Source: a virus
Taxonomy: Duplodnaviria > Caudoviricetes
DNA length: 64,000 nucleotides
Reading direction: 5' to 3' (one strand)
IMG/VR virus record: IMGVR_UViG_3300027813_000007
Coordinates: 35,701 to 99,700 of that record
Every line of letters starts with the position of its first letter. The stretch's first letter is position 1. Under the pieces are notes generated by a model. The model did not search any database. It was not told the origin of the DNA and saw only the letters and a program-made list of their open reading frames with translations. Below are positions 29,401-37,855 of the stretch, in pieces. The translations under genes were made by a program, and so were the position numbers.

Positions 29401-31140
29401 GTTACAGGACTTAAAGGTCCTAAAGGACCACAAGGAACGACTACTGGCGCTCAGGGAGATAATGGTCCACAAGGAGATAATGGCCCAGCCGCGTTTAAAG
29501 GATTAAAAGGGATTAAAGGGCCAAAAGGGTATAAAGGTCCTAAAGGACCACAAGGAACGACTACTGGCGCTCAGGGAGATAATGGTCCTCAAGGAGATAC
29601 TGGTCCAATCGCATTTAAAGGGTTTAAAGGTATTAAAGGATTAAAAGGTGTTCGAGGTCCTCAAGGAACAAAAGGAGTTACTTCAACAGTAAAAGGATTT
29701 AAAGGACCAAAAGGACCAAATGGTTCAGTCGCAGATAAAGGATATAAAGGATATAAAGGACCTAAAGGACCTAAAGGACCTAAAGGACCACAAGGAACTA
29801 CTACAGGTCCAACAGGACCAACAGGTCTTCAGGGACCAACAGGTCCATCCGCTGATAAAGGAGTTAAAGGATTAAAAGGACCAGACGGGTATAAAGGTTT
29901 TACAGGACCAAAAGGACCAACATCAACAGATAAGGGAACTAAAGGTACAACAGGACCAAATTCAACATCAAAAGGACCAAAAGGGTTAAAAGGACCACAA
30001 GGTCCTTATGGGAATGCTGGTGTAAGAGGAGTAACAGGGTCTCAAAGTTCATCTGTAGGACCAACAGGTCCAACATCAACAGATAAAGGTTATAAAGGAC
30101 TTAAAGGTCCAAGAGGGGGTCAAGGTCCACAAGGTAATGGTGGACCAAAAGGACCAATAGGTAACCAAAGCTCGTCTGGGGGACCAACAGGTGAATTAGG
30201 TTCTCAAGGAACGTCTTCAACGGTTAAAGGTTATAAAGGGTTGACGGGTAATATAGGTCCCTCAGGTGATAAAGGTTTTAAAGGTGCCCGAGGAAATGAC
30301 GGGGGTCAAGGACTAAAAGGACCAAAAGGTAAATATGGGCCGCAAGGAACACAAGGAACAAAAGGACCTAAAGGACGAAAAGGTTTAATTGGTAGTCAAG
30401 GTATTCAAGGACCAGGCGGAGAGCAAGGTAGTGCAGGTAAAAAGGGTAGAAAAGGTTTAAAAGGACCTAAAGGCCCTACCGCAACAACTTGTTACGCACA
30501 TACAATACTCATACCAAGTGGAAAGGGTGTTAACTGTAATACTTGTCTTGGAACTGGAAATACTCCTTGTGGTCTTGGAACTACCGTTACACTTTATTCG
30601 AACACTTCAGGGGCGTTAAGTAGTTCTTCTTTTTTATATGATACTAATGCCTGTACCACCTGTAATACCAGTGGTCTTCCTCTTCAGTGTACTTTAACAA
30701 CAACTATAACTATATGGGACCAAGACCACGCAAATACGAATTTATATTCATGGAGTCACAGTGGTGTACCTAAAAGTAGTTGTGGTTTAAAAGTATGTGG
30801 AACTTGCAGTTTCTCAGATGAAAGAATGAAATCAGGTATTAGAACAATTTCTAATTCATTATATTCATTACTTAACATTAATGTTACTGAATATGATTGG
30901 AATGAAAAATATTCAGGTTATGATTTCTTAAAAGAAAGAAAACAATTACATTCGATTGGTATGGTAGCTCAAGAAATTAGAGAATTATTTCCTGAGGTAG
31001 TTTATAAAAGGGACGATGGTTATTTAGCTATTAAATATTATAAACTAAACGCATTAATTATTGAAGCGATTAAGACCCACCAACTATTTATTGAAGATAT
31101 CGAAGAACAAATAAACTGGTTAAGAACACAGATTGATTAA
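26458..31140 (+). CDS. giant collagen-like fibre protein B with inserted LamG/ConA-like domain, Cys-rich domain and S74 chaperone
   Basis: Gly-X-Y aa ~86-472 and ~692-1341; insert LHLDA..SYSGSG..WFDLS..FDG..W..YIDG..IG..FNGRI..EQVLQNY; 10-Cys segment; SDERMKSGI. Confidence 0.9.
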   Translation: MGKDIKINPTGGTINFSGASSTKISIDYSGGELNFNTHLGNDFKISSNLELDNMKFMPSDSVQMGNGNELIDNLGNWKGYPVNLPGTNGDKGLKGLLGNKGVQGSQGTQGIRGEQGLKGNFGDDKGIVGDKGFKGLKGTKGKKGPQGTQGTTGIKGLRASTGDAGLPGPDSQKGSVGPKGLKGLKGLKGLKGLIGISVNGPTGLVASKGSQGPVGTNKGEVGLKGTVGIKGPKGLLGPQASQGTDGLKGDLGDEGLKGLTSDDKGIKGIKGLKGLKGPKGSKGLDTDDGLKGDVGPKGSVGVDGPIGDLKGPKGQIGVVGPKGFRGSNGLIGDSPKGTLGSGGDKGPVGNRGITSTDKGSKGLKGQIGSKGIIGVKGLKGLIASQGSQGPKGPIADTGDIGNKGDKGLKGLKGKKGLLGNQGPQGSVADQGPKGPISADGEGADKGIKGIKGVQGPIGPKGIDGLKGPQGSTPTATLITANRNLHLDATDPLSYSGSGTSWFDLSSSNNDATLVGGVNFNDTNYMDFDGVEGSYVQLSSQSTMSRSSSTICIELYKDISNSTLLWGTNYTNMVEVRTGSFYSETASNCNYFNSPGFTFNNSQWYQYTIVFNSSSAYHYIDGGYIGETPSYGNDNCGPAVTSLVADFDWTRIGESSAYNPNFNGRIRRLIQYTTAFTAEQVLQNYEAMLTLPGDRGEKGQRGPQGNKGNKGLKGLKGLKGVKGPGGDKGLIATQGPKGPIGTDGDQGPTGNKGLKGFKGEKGLKGYKGIKGVQGPKGLIAPSGDQGPIGPDSTKGLKGLKGAVGFKGFKGKKGLEGPKGIKGLKGVIGDKGLISTLSGPTGTKGVKGIRATDGDKGFKGVKGFKGPQGDVGNNSTTKGYKGLEGPKGLRATDGLKGSKGLKGRKGILGDLGPQGTTTGPTGPTGLQGPTGPIAFKGLKGLKGTDGNIGPKGPKGLITPSSGPIGPQGDNGPAAFKGLKGLKGVTGLKGPKGPQGTTTGAQGDNGPQGDNGPAAFKGLKGIKGPKGYKGPKGPQGTTTGAQGDNGPQGDTGPIAFKGFKGIKGLKGVRGPQGTKGVTSTVKGFKGPKGPNGSVADKGYKGYKGPKGPKGPKGPQGTTTGPTGPTGLQGPTGPSADKGVKGLKGPDGYKGFTGPKGPTSTDKGTKGTTGPNSTSKGPKGLKGPQGPYGNAGVRGVTGSQSSSVGPTGPTSTDKGYKGLKGPRGGQGPQGNGGPKGPIGNQSSSGGPTGELGSQGTSSTVKGYKGLTGNIGPSGDKGFKGARGNDGGQGLKGPKGKYGPQGTQGTKGPKGRKGLIGSQGIQGPGGEQGSAGKKGRKGLKGPKGPTATTCYAHTILIPSGKGVNCNTCLGTGNTPCGLGTTVTLYSNTSGALSSSSFLYDTNACTTCNTSGLPLQCTLTTTITIWDQDHANTNLYSWSHSGVPKSSCGLKVCGTCSFSDERMKSGIRTISNSLYSLLNINVTEYDWNEKYSGYDFLKERKQLHSIGMVAQEIRELFPEVVYKRDDGYLAIKYYKLNALIIEAIKTHQLFIEDIEEQINWLRTQID
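29184..29847 (+). repeat. 120-nt-period internal repeat in collagen B; 64-nt exact duplication 600 nt apart
   Basis: GGACCACAAGGAAC.ACTAC at 29185, 29425, 29545, 29785. Confidence 0.85.
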
Positions 31141-34100
31141 TGGCTAATATAATAATATACCCTACTGGGAGTACTTTAAATACTAATCCACATATAATTT
31201 TTAGTGGTACAGGTGTGGACTATACTATTGAGATAGACACTACGGGAGATTTAATATTTAAATCTTCGACAGATATCTTTAAAATAGTTGATAGTACAAG
31301 TCCTCTATTATTGCCGGGTGAGGTTAATGTGGTTAATAGTGAATTATATGTTGGGACAACTATGGTTGTTAATTCTAGTGGTGATTGGGTTGGTGATACA
31401 CATAACCTAAAAGGGTATAAGGGATTAAAAGGTGGACAAGGACCAACAGGTACAAAAGGTAATACTGGGATTAAGGGACAGAGCGGAGCCAAAGGATTAG
31501 AAGGTCGAAAAGGTGAAAAAGGTGTTGATGGACCACAAGGACCAACAGGTGGACAAGGTCCAACAGGTAATGATTCTGAAAAAGGTCAAAAAGGTTTTTT
31601 AGGTCGTGAAGGGACTAAAGGGTCTGTAGGACCAAAAGGTTTAAAAGGTGATAAACCATCAAATAGAAGTCAAGGTATAAAGGGACCTACAGGTCCAAAA
31701 GGTCCGACATCTACGGATACAGGCACAAAAGGACCAATAGGTTTAAAAGGTATTAAAGGTTTAAAGGGTTTAAAACCATCTCAAGGACCACAAGGCGAAA
31801 TTGGAGGGGACTCACCCCAAGGACCTACAGGACCAAAAGGACCAACATCACCTGATAAGGGAGAGAAAGGGATTAAAGGAGTTAAGGGACTAAAAGGTGT
31901 TAGAGGTGTACTTGGTACGCAAGGACCACAAGGAGGAAAAGGTGTTAGAGCTACAGACGGTGACACAGGACCACAAGGACCTACCGGACCAAACACAGAT
32001 ACCGGACCAATAGGTTCAAAAGGGGTAAAAGGTTTAACTGGTCCACAAGGAGAAATAGGACCTGATGGGGTTATAGGTATTCAAGGACCGCAAGGACCGA
32101 CAGGACCAAGAGGTACTCAATCTACAGATAAAGGAGATAAAGGTTTAAAAGGATTAAAGGGTGTTACAGGTATTAAAGGACCTAAAAATACACAAGGTAA
32201 TATAGGTATACAGGGCGAAAAAGGTTTAATCGCGTCTCAAGGAGATATTGGACCTGATGGTCCCGTATCAGTAAAAGGACCAACCGGGCCAAAAGGACCA
32301 GTAGGACCAAAAGGATTAAAAGGTTTAAAAGGGGTTATAGGTGATTCACCTAAAGGTAGTTTAGGTTCAGGAGGAGACCAAGGACCAAAAGGACCTACAA
32401 GTACGGATAAAGGAACTAAAGGATTAAAAGGTTTAATTGGTATAAAGGGGATTAAAGGGATAATAGGTTCACAATCTACCGCCTCAGTCGGTGATAAAGG
32501 ACCGCAAGGGCCGACAGGTTTAATAGGGGAAACATCGACAGATAAAGGTATTAAGGGTATACAAGGACCTAAAGGGTCTGTAGGACCAAAAGGTTTAAAA
32601 GGGGCCATTGGTTTAAATGAAAAAGGTTTCATTGGTGACACCGCAGATAAAGGACCACAAGGACCTACAAGTACGGATAAGGGACAACAAGGAGATACAG
32701 GAATTGGTGGACCAAAAGGATTAAAAGGTATAACTGGTGAACAAGGCATATCCCCAAAAGGGGCAGTAGGTACAATAGGTCCTGCAGGTCCGGTTGCATT
32801 AAAAGGCCCAACTTCAACAGATAAGGGACCAATAGGTATTAAAGGACCTGTAGGACCAAAGGGGTTGAGAGGTACCTTAGGACCACAAGGACTATCAATA
32901 AAAGGACCAAAAGGTCCACAAGGACCGGTAGGGTCAACAACAACAGATAAAGGGTTTAAGGGACCACAAGGACCAAATGGTCCAACAAATACAGATAAGG
33001 GTGAACAAGGACCTAAGGGGCCAAGAGGAATACAAGGAACCCAAGGAGGTATAGGTGATGGAGGACCGAAAGGATTGACGGGGTCGGGAGGACCAACAGG
33101 TCCAACTTCAACAGACAAAGGACAAAAAGGCCCACAAGGACCTAACATAGGACCAAAAGGACCAACTGGACCACAAGGACCAAAAGGTCCAAAAGGGATT
33201 ACAAACACTACATCAGGAGACCAAGGCCCAACAAGTACTGACCAAGGACCAAAAGGTCCAAAAGGTATTAAAGGTATTCAAATTGGTAGAGGACCTCAAG
33301 GGGCTGAGGGACTTAAAGCAACCCAAGGACCAAAAGGACCAACTGGACCACAAGGTAATAATGGTACAGATAAAGGACCACAAGGTGAAAAAGGACCACA
33401 AGGTATTCAAGGACCACAAGGGGTGGTTGGAACTAAAGCTAGTACCGGAGCAGCAGGACCAACAGGTCCAAAAGGTAATACTAGTACTGAAAGAGGTCCA
33501 CAAGGTATTAAAGGTATTCAAATTGGTATAGGACCACAAGGTGTGGTTGGACCTAAAGCCGGTACTGGAGCAGTAGGACCAACAGGGCCAACAGGACCCA
33601 ATAGTAGTGATAGAGGACCACAAGGTATTAAAGGTGTTCAAATTGGTAGAGGACCACAAGGGGTAGTTGGGGCTAAAGCCAGTACAGGTGCAGGGGGAGA
33701 TAAAGGACCGCAAGGACCGGTGGGTAATGTTAAAGGACTAAAAGGTGTAAAAGGACCAAAAGGACCACAAGGACCTATAGGTCCAAAAGGTTCTATCTTA
33801 TCTCAAGGCGCATCAGGACCAGCAGGACCAGCAGGTCCAAATAGTTTGGACCCAGGACCTACAGGTATTAAAGGTATTCAAATTGGTAGAGGACCTCAAG
33901 GGGCTGAGGGACTTAAAGCAACTAATGGTGCAGTAGGACCAACAGGACAAGCGGGTAATACTAGTACAGACAAAGGAAATAAAGGATTAATTGGTACTCA
34001 AGCACCATCAGGACCTACAGGTATTAAAGGGCAAATTGGTCCACAAGGACCCACTGGTCCCACAGCATTTAAAGGGGATAAAGGTCGTAAAGGTCAAAAA

Positions 34101-34880
34101 GGTTATGTTGGCTCGAGAGGTAATCAAGGAGGGATAGGAATTCAAGGACCTAAAGGACCTCTAGCCGATAAAGGTTTAAAAGGTTATAAAGGTATTACTT
34201 CAACAGTAAGAGGACCACAAGGACCTACAGGTGTAAGAGGAACACAAGGAACACAAGGAACAAAAGGTAAAAAAGGAATACGAGGACCACAAGGACCAGT
34301 AGGGTTAAATGGGCCAGCTGGTTTTGATGGAGCATTAGGACCTGATGGGGATAAAGGTTTTAAAGGTCGTAAAGGTCCACAAGGACCAGTAGGTACAAAA
34401 GGATTAAAAGGAATCCCAGGACTGGAAGGGCCTGCTGGAGCTAAAGGTTCAACAGGTGCAAAAGGAATAAAGGGTAAAAAAGGTTCACAAGGACCACAAG
34501 GTGCGCAAGGTGACCAAGGACCAACAGGACCAATAGGTAGTTCTTCAGATAGAAGATTAAAGATTAATATTAAAAAGATTGATACCCCATTAGATAAAGC
34601 TCTAAATTTAAGAGGTGTAGAATTTATATGGAGAAAAGAAGGTATAAATGGTGAAATATTACAAGAAGGTGGCAGAAAAGATATTGGTGTTATTGCTCAA
34701 GAAATAAAAGAAGTTTTACCTGAGCTAGTACATGGTGATGAGGAACATGGTTATAGAGTTAGATATGATGAAATGATATCAATTTTATTTGAAGCTATAA
34801 AAGAACAAGAATCAATTTTGGAGACTCAAGAGGTTAGTTTAACTGAATTAGAGAATACGTTTAAACGTAATCAACAATAA
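31140..34880 (+). CDS. giant collagen-like fibre protein C with C-terminal S74 chaperone
   Basis: Gly-X-Y aa ~92-1135; [21 protein letters not shown]. Confidence 0.9.
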   Translation: MANIIIYPTGSTLNTNPHIIFSGTGVDYTIEIDTTGDLIFKSSTDIFKIVDSTSPLLLPGEVNVVNSELYVGTTMVVNSSGDWVGDTHNLKGYKGLKGGQGPTGTKGNTGIKGQSGAKGLEGRKGEKGVDGPQGPTGGQGPTGNDSEKGQKGFLGREGTKGSVGPKGLKGDKPSNRSQGIKGPTGPKGPTSTDTGTKGPIGLKGIKGLKGLKPSQGPQGEIGGDSPQGPTGPKGPTSPDKGEKGIKGVKGLKGVRGVLGTQGPQGGKGVRATDGDTGPQGPTGPNTDTGPIGSKGVKGLTGPQGEIGPDGVIGIQGPQGPTGPRGTQSTDKGDKGLKGLKGVTGIKGPKNTQGNIGIQGEKGLIASQGDIGPDGPVSVKGPTGPKGPVGPKGLKGLKGVIGDSPKGSLGSGGDQGPKGPTSTDKGTKGLKGLIGIKGIKGIIGSQSTASVGDKGPQGPTGLIGETSTDKGIKGIQGPKGSVGPKGLKGAIGLNEKGFIGDTADKGPQGPTSTDKGQQGDTGIGGPKGLKGITGEQGISPKGAVGTIGPAGPVALKGPTSTDKGPIGIKGPVGPKGLRGTLGPQGLSIKGPKGPQGPVGSTTTDKGFKGPQGPNGPTNTDKGEQGPKGPRGIQGTQGGIGDGGPKGLTGSGGPTGPTSTDKGQKGPQGPNIGPKGPTGPQGPKGPKGITNTTSGDQGPTSTDQGPKGPKGIKGIQIGRGPQGAEGLKATQGPKGPTGPQGNNGTDKGPQGEKGPQGIQGPQGVVGTKASTGAAGPTGPKGNTSTERGPQGIKGIQIGIGPQGVVGPKAGTGAVGPTGPTGPNSSDRGPQGIKGVQIGRGPQGVVGAKASTGAGGDKGPQGPVGNVKGLKGVKGPKGPQGPIGPKGSILSQGASGPAGPAGPNSLDPGPTGIKGIQIGRGPQGAEGLKATNGAVGPTGQAGNTSTDKGNKGLIGTQAPSGPTGIKGQIGPQGPTGPTAFKGDKGRKGQKGYVGSRGNQGGIGIQGPKGPLADKGLKGYKGITSTVRGPQGPTGVRGTQGTQGTKGKKGIRGPQGPVGLNGPAGFDGALGPDGDKGFKGRKGPQGPVGTKGLKGIPGLEGPAGAKGSTGAKGIKGKKGSQGPQGAQGDQGPTGPIGSSSDRRLKINIKKIDTPLDKALNLRGVEFIWRKEGINGEILQEGGRKDIGVIAQEIKEVLPELVHGDEEHGYRVRYDEMISILFEAIKEQESILETQEVSLTELENTFKRNQQ
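33263..33922 (+). repeat. 120-nt-period internal repeat in collagen C; 60-nt exact duplication 600 nt apart
   Basis: AGGTATTAAAGGT.TTCAAATTGGTA at 33263, 33503, 33623, 33863. Confidence 0.85.
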
Positions 34881-35907
34881 AATCATTAAGATTTTTTCTC
34901 ACCATATCGGAATCGGCATAATCATGATACCTATTATCCAAAGATGACCCTTCAATAACATCCTCATTAATCATTTCTTTAGTAAGGTCTTCAAAGTCAC
35001 CCCAGTGTTCAAATACATTACGATAATCATCGTCTTGGTATTCATCGTTAAAAATTGAACTAAATAGGTAAGGTATAAACTTAGTTACGTCTATAGTGTA
35101 ATCATATATAACTTTAACTCCTTCGCTGTTTTTAATTTCCTTACTCACCCAATCACCTGAATTATCTATTTCTAATAAATGTTTAATTTCAGACATAACT
35201 TCATTATATCTTTCATCAACATAAGCGGTATTATAGGAGTTATGGTGTAAATTGTATAGGTTACTTGCGACTTCGGATGATTCATCTAATAAAACTTTAG
35301 ATGATGACTCATCTTCTTCTAAGATATCCATAACTAAAAGAGGGTCTTTTACATCGACATAGTCAGGATGACCTTGGTCCTTGGCAATATTCTCTAATAA
35401 CTCAGTTTCGGGTGAAATTAATTCACCAGATAAATCAGTAGATAATGATTTAGCGACTAAGAATTTATTTTTTTCAGTTAACTCTTCAATAACATCCGTA
35501 TATAGGTTTGAAGTAACATCGTTAAATGGTTCAAACCAATCTTCCCCTAAAATATTTTTAACCATTTCAGATGAACTCATATCTCGACCATTATCATCAT
35601 CTTTAAAAAAGATACTAAGGTCAGACATAGTATTGAGAATTAAAATATATTTATCGCCTACTTTTTTAATGTCACTATATTGACCAACTATTTCATCTAT
35701 GGTCTTAAGTTTGTTATTACGATACTTGTATTTTAAGTATGACATTGGAAATAACTCTAAAAGAGTTTCGTTACTTCCTTCATCTAATAGACCAAGTTTA
35801 GATAACACTTCTAAAAAATTATACTTATCATCATTAAAATAACGAGTAATAAATGATTCGAGCTCTGATTGACCACCATTAAGTAATTCAATAATTTTTT
35901 CTTTCAT
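34861..35907 (-). CDS. hypothetical acidic protein
   Basis: 348-aa ORF; TATTTATA upstream (35923-35930, minus strand). Confidence 0.7.
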   Translation of the reverse strand: MKEKIIELLNGGQSELESFITRYFNDDKYNFLEVLSKLGLLDEGSNETLLELFPMSYLKYKYRNNKLKTIDEIVGQYSDIKKVGDKYILILNTMSDLSIFFKDDDNGRDMSSSEMVKNILGEDWFEPFNDVTSNLYTDVIEELTEKNKFLVAKSLSTDLSGELISPETELLENIAKDQGHPDYVDVKDPLLVMDILEEDESSSKVLLDESSEVASNLYNLHHNSYNTAYVDERYNEVMSEIKHLLEIDNSGDWVSKEIKNSEGVKVIYDYTIDVTKFIPYLFSSIFNDEYQDDDYRNVFEHWGDFEDLTKEMINEDVIEGSSLDNRYHDYADSDMVRKNLNDFIVDYV

Positions 35908-35931
35908 CGCAGGTTGTTTACATATAAATAT

Positions 35932-35958
35932 AAAAAAAGGTGAGTTTTACCTCACCTT
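35932..35958 (-). terminator. intrinsic terminator
   Basis: AAGGTGAG/CTCACCTT stem with an A-tract on the left. Confidence 0.7.
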
Positions 35959-35983
35959 GTAATTATATCTAATAATTATGTGA

Positions 35984-36118
35984 TTATTTTTTAGTGTAAT
36001 ATTTCTCAACCGTTTTATTGATTGCCTCCTTAACCGCTTGTGTGTTATTACTTTTAACCGTATTAGTTTTTAGTTTTTGTGTGTCCGTGTTTTTGTTTTT
36101 TTTACATCCGCATCCCAT
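35984..36118 (-). CDS. small basic MGCGCK peptide (44 aa); absent from ORF track
   Basis: manual translation MGCGCKKNKNTDTQKLKTNTVKSNNTQAVKEAINKTVEKYYTKK; own TATTTAT motif and terminator. Confidence 0.65.
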   Translation of the reverse strand: MGCGCKKNKNTDTQKLKTNTVKSNNTQAVKEAINKTVEKYYTKK

Positions 36119-36220
36119 AGTTGATAATTTTTTTGAAAAAGTTTATATTAATAAATATAAGTAACAGTTAATTGTGTAATAATCTATTTTTATTTATATT
36201 TATCTTAAAAGTACAATATT

Positions 36221-37855
36221 ATGAATCTTAGTCAAGTTTTATCCGAAAGTAGAAAAGATGATTTTTTAAATATGTTCAGAGATAAGTTTTCTCATGAGCA
36301 ACTTAAGAAAGTTTTTAGTCTTTCTAGACAATTAGCCCCTAATCAAAAATACCTCATATTTTTAGGTAACGTAATACCTAATGAGAACTTTGAAGAGAGT
36401 TTGAGTAAAGCCGAAAAAGTGGTTGAGAAATTTATTAAGTACCAACAAGCTTTAGAGACGAGAGATATCAACCAATTTAAAAGTTTAGAGGAAATAATAA
36501 CTGCGATTAATAATCATGAGAATAAAGTTAGACGTACAGTTAAATCTGTTGATGGCGCGAATATTGTTTATGAGGATGACCGTTTCACTGTTGTGACTCC
36601 ACAAACACATAAGGCAAGTTGTTATTATGGTGCAGGTACTAAATGGTGTACCGCTTCTATGAATGGTTCTTCACATTTCGATAACTACAATGTAGAGGGT
36701 AAACTTTTCTATATCTTAGATAAAAAGGCAAAAAGTAATGACAAATATTATAAAGTAGCTTTATTACAAAAATATGACGGAGATAAAACATTCTATGATG
36801 CTCCTGATAAAGCTTTTACTTCTGGATGGATATTAGGTACGCCAGAGTATGACGAAATTCAAAGCGCCGTTGATAAATACATTAATACTAACTACCAAAG
36901 AGAAATTAATATCTTTAAAGATAAAGAAGCGGCTAAAGTAGAAAGAGAAAGATTAAGAAAAGTGGCTGAAAGACGTAGAGTTGCTCAGTTAAGGATTGCT
37001 GCGGACCAAAGAAAAGAAGAAGATTCATGGAATTTAGAGGGCGAACCTGACCAAGAAGGTCTGTATGCTAATGCGGTATTTGAAGTTATGGTTGATAACT
37101 ACGGCGTAGTTGTTGAGGATGATGGTGAAGAAGAAGACGAACGTGAAGGTATATATGATTTAATCCCGTCACAGTATAGTCATTACAATTTACCGACATT
37201 TGAATGGGTAGGTAATGATGATACAGGAATAACATTTGCCGTTGGTACTTGGGATGAAGTTTATGAAGCGGCTAAAGAGTATCAACAAAACTTATGGGAC
37301 GACACAGGAGCTGAGGGTTGGAGTAAATCGTTTATTGAAAGTCATATTGATGAACAGCAAGTTAGGGAATATTTTTATGATATGTTTGATGACGATGTAA
37401 GTAATAATTATGAGTCATATTTTGACGAAGATGACTTACCACTTTCAGATGAACAAGAGTCTCAAATAGCCAAATTAAAAGAAGAGGCTGAAGAGTTAGA
37501 TGAGATAACTCGAAATGAAGATGATGTATATAATGAAGATGAGGTAGAGTTGGCTGAAGATAGATACAACGAAATAGATAGTGAAATAACTGATATCCAA
37601 TCTGACCCTGAAGGTGAACCAACAGTGGAACAAATAGAGGATGTGGTTAATAGTCGAGTTGATGACGCTATGTATGATATAATTCAATCTATGGAAGAAC
37701 ATATGTTAAGTATAGATGACTATATCGATACAGATGCATTATTTGAGTCAGCAATTGATAGCGATGGTGTGGGTAATTCTCTTAGTAGTTATGATGGTGA
37801 TGATAACGAAGTAATGATAAATGATACTTGGTATCACGTTTTTAGAACAGAATAA
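36221..37855 (+). CDS. 'WCT'-motif (PcfJ-like) protein with very acidic C-terminal half
   Basis: RDINQFK, ASCYYGAGTKWCTAS, GKLFYI. Confidence 0.7.
   Translation: MNLSQVLSESRKDDFLNMFRDKFSHEQLKKVFSLSRQLAPNQKYLIFLGNVIPNENFEESLSKAEKVVEKFIKYQQALETRDINQFKSLEEIITAINNHENKVRRTVKSVDGANIVYEDDRFTVVTPQTHKASCYYGAGTKWCTASMNGSSHFDNYNVEGKLFYILDKKAKSNDKYYKVALLQKYDGDKTFYDAPDKAFTSGWILGTPEYDEIQSAVDKYINTNYQREINIFKDKEAAKVERERLRKVAERRRVAQLRIAADQRKEEDSWNLEGEPDQEGLYANAVFEVMVDNYGVVVEDDGEEEDEREGIYDLIPSQYSHYNLPTFEWVGNDDTGITFAVGTWDEVYEAAKEYQQNLWDDTGAEGWSKSFIESHIDEQQVREYFYDMFDDDVSNNYESYFDEDDLPLSDEQESQIAKLKEEAEELDEITRNEDDVYNEDEVELAEDRYNEIDSEITDIQSDPEGEPTVEQIEDVVNSRVDDAMYDIIQSMEEHMLSIDDYIDTDALFESAIDSDGVGNSLSSYDGDDNEVMINDTWYHVFRTE

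Noticed and set aside
22850-33713. Pro-rich minus-strand and off-frame ORFs within the collagen genes (e.g. 32237-33208)
   Set aside because: Shadow frames of GGN-rich Gly-X-Y codons; no independent expression signals
24849-33922. Possible CRISPR array or diversity-generating retroelement from the repeated DNA blocks
   Set aside because: Repeats are in-frame coding units without unique spacers; no cas or reverse transcriptase gene and no adenine-specific mismatch pattern
15146-34880. Eukaryotic or giant-virus (NCLDV) origin suggested by the PLOD-like, collagen and GH7-like genes
   Set aside because: Sigma70, bacterial promoters and terminators, coupled operons, lysozyme and S74 chaperones indicate a bacteriophage
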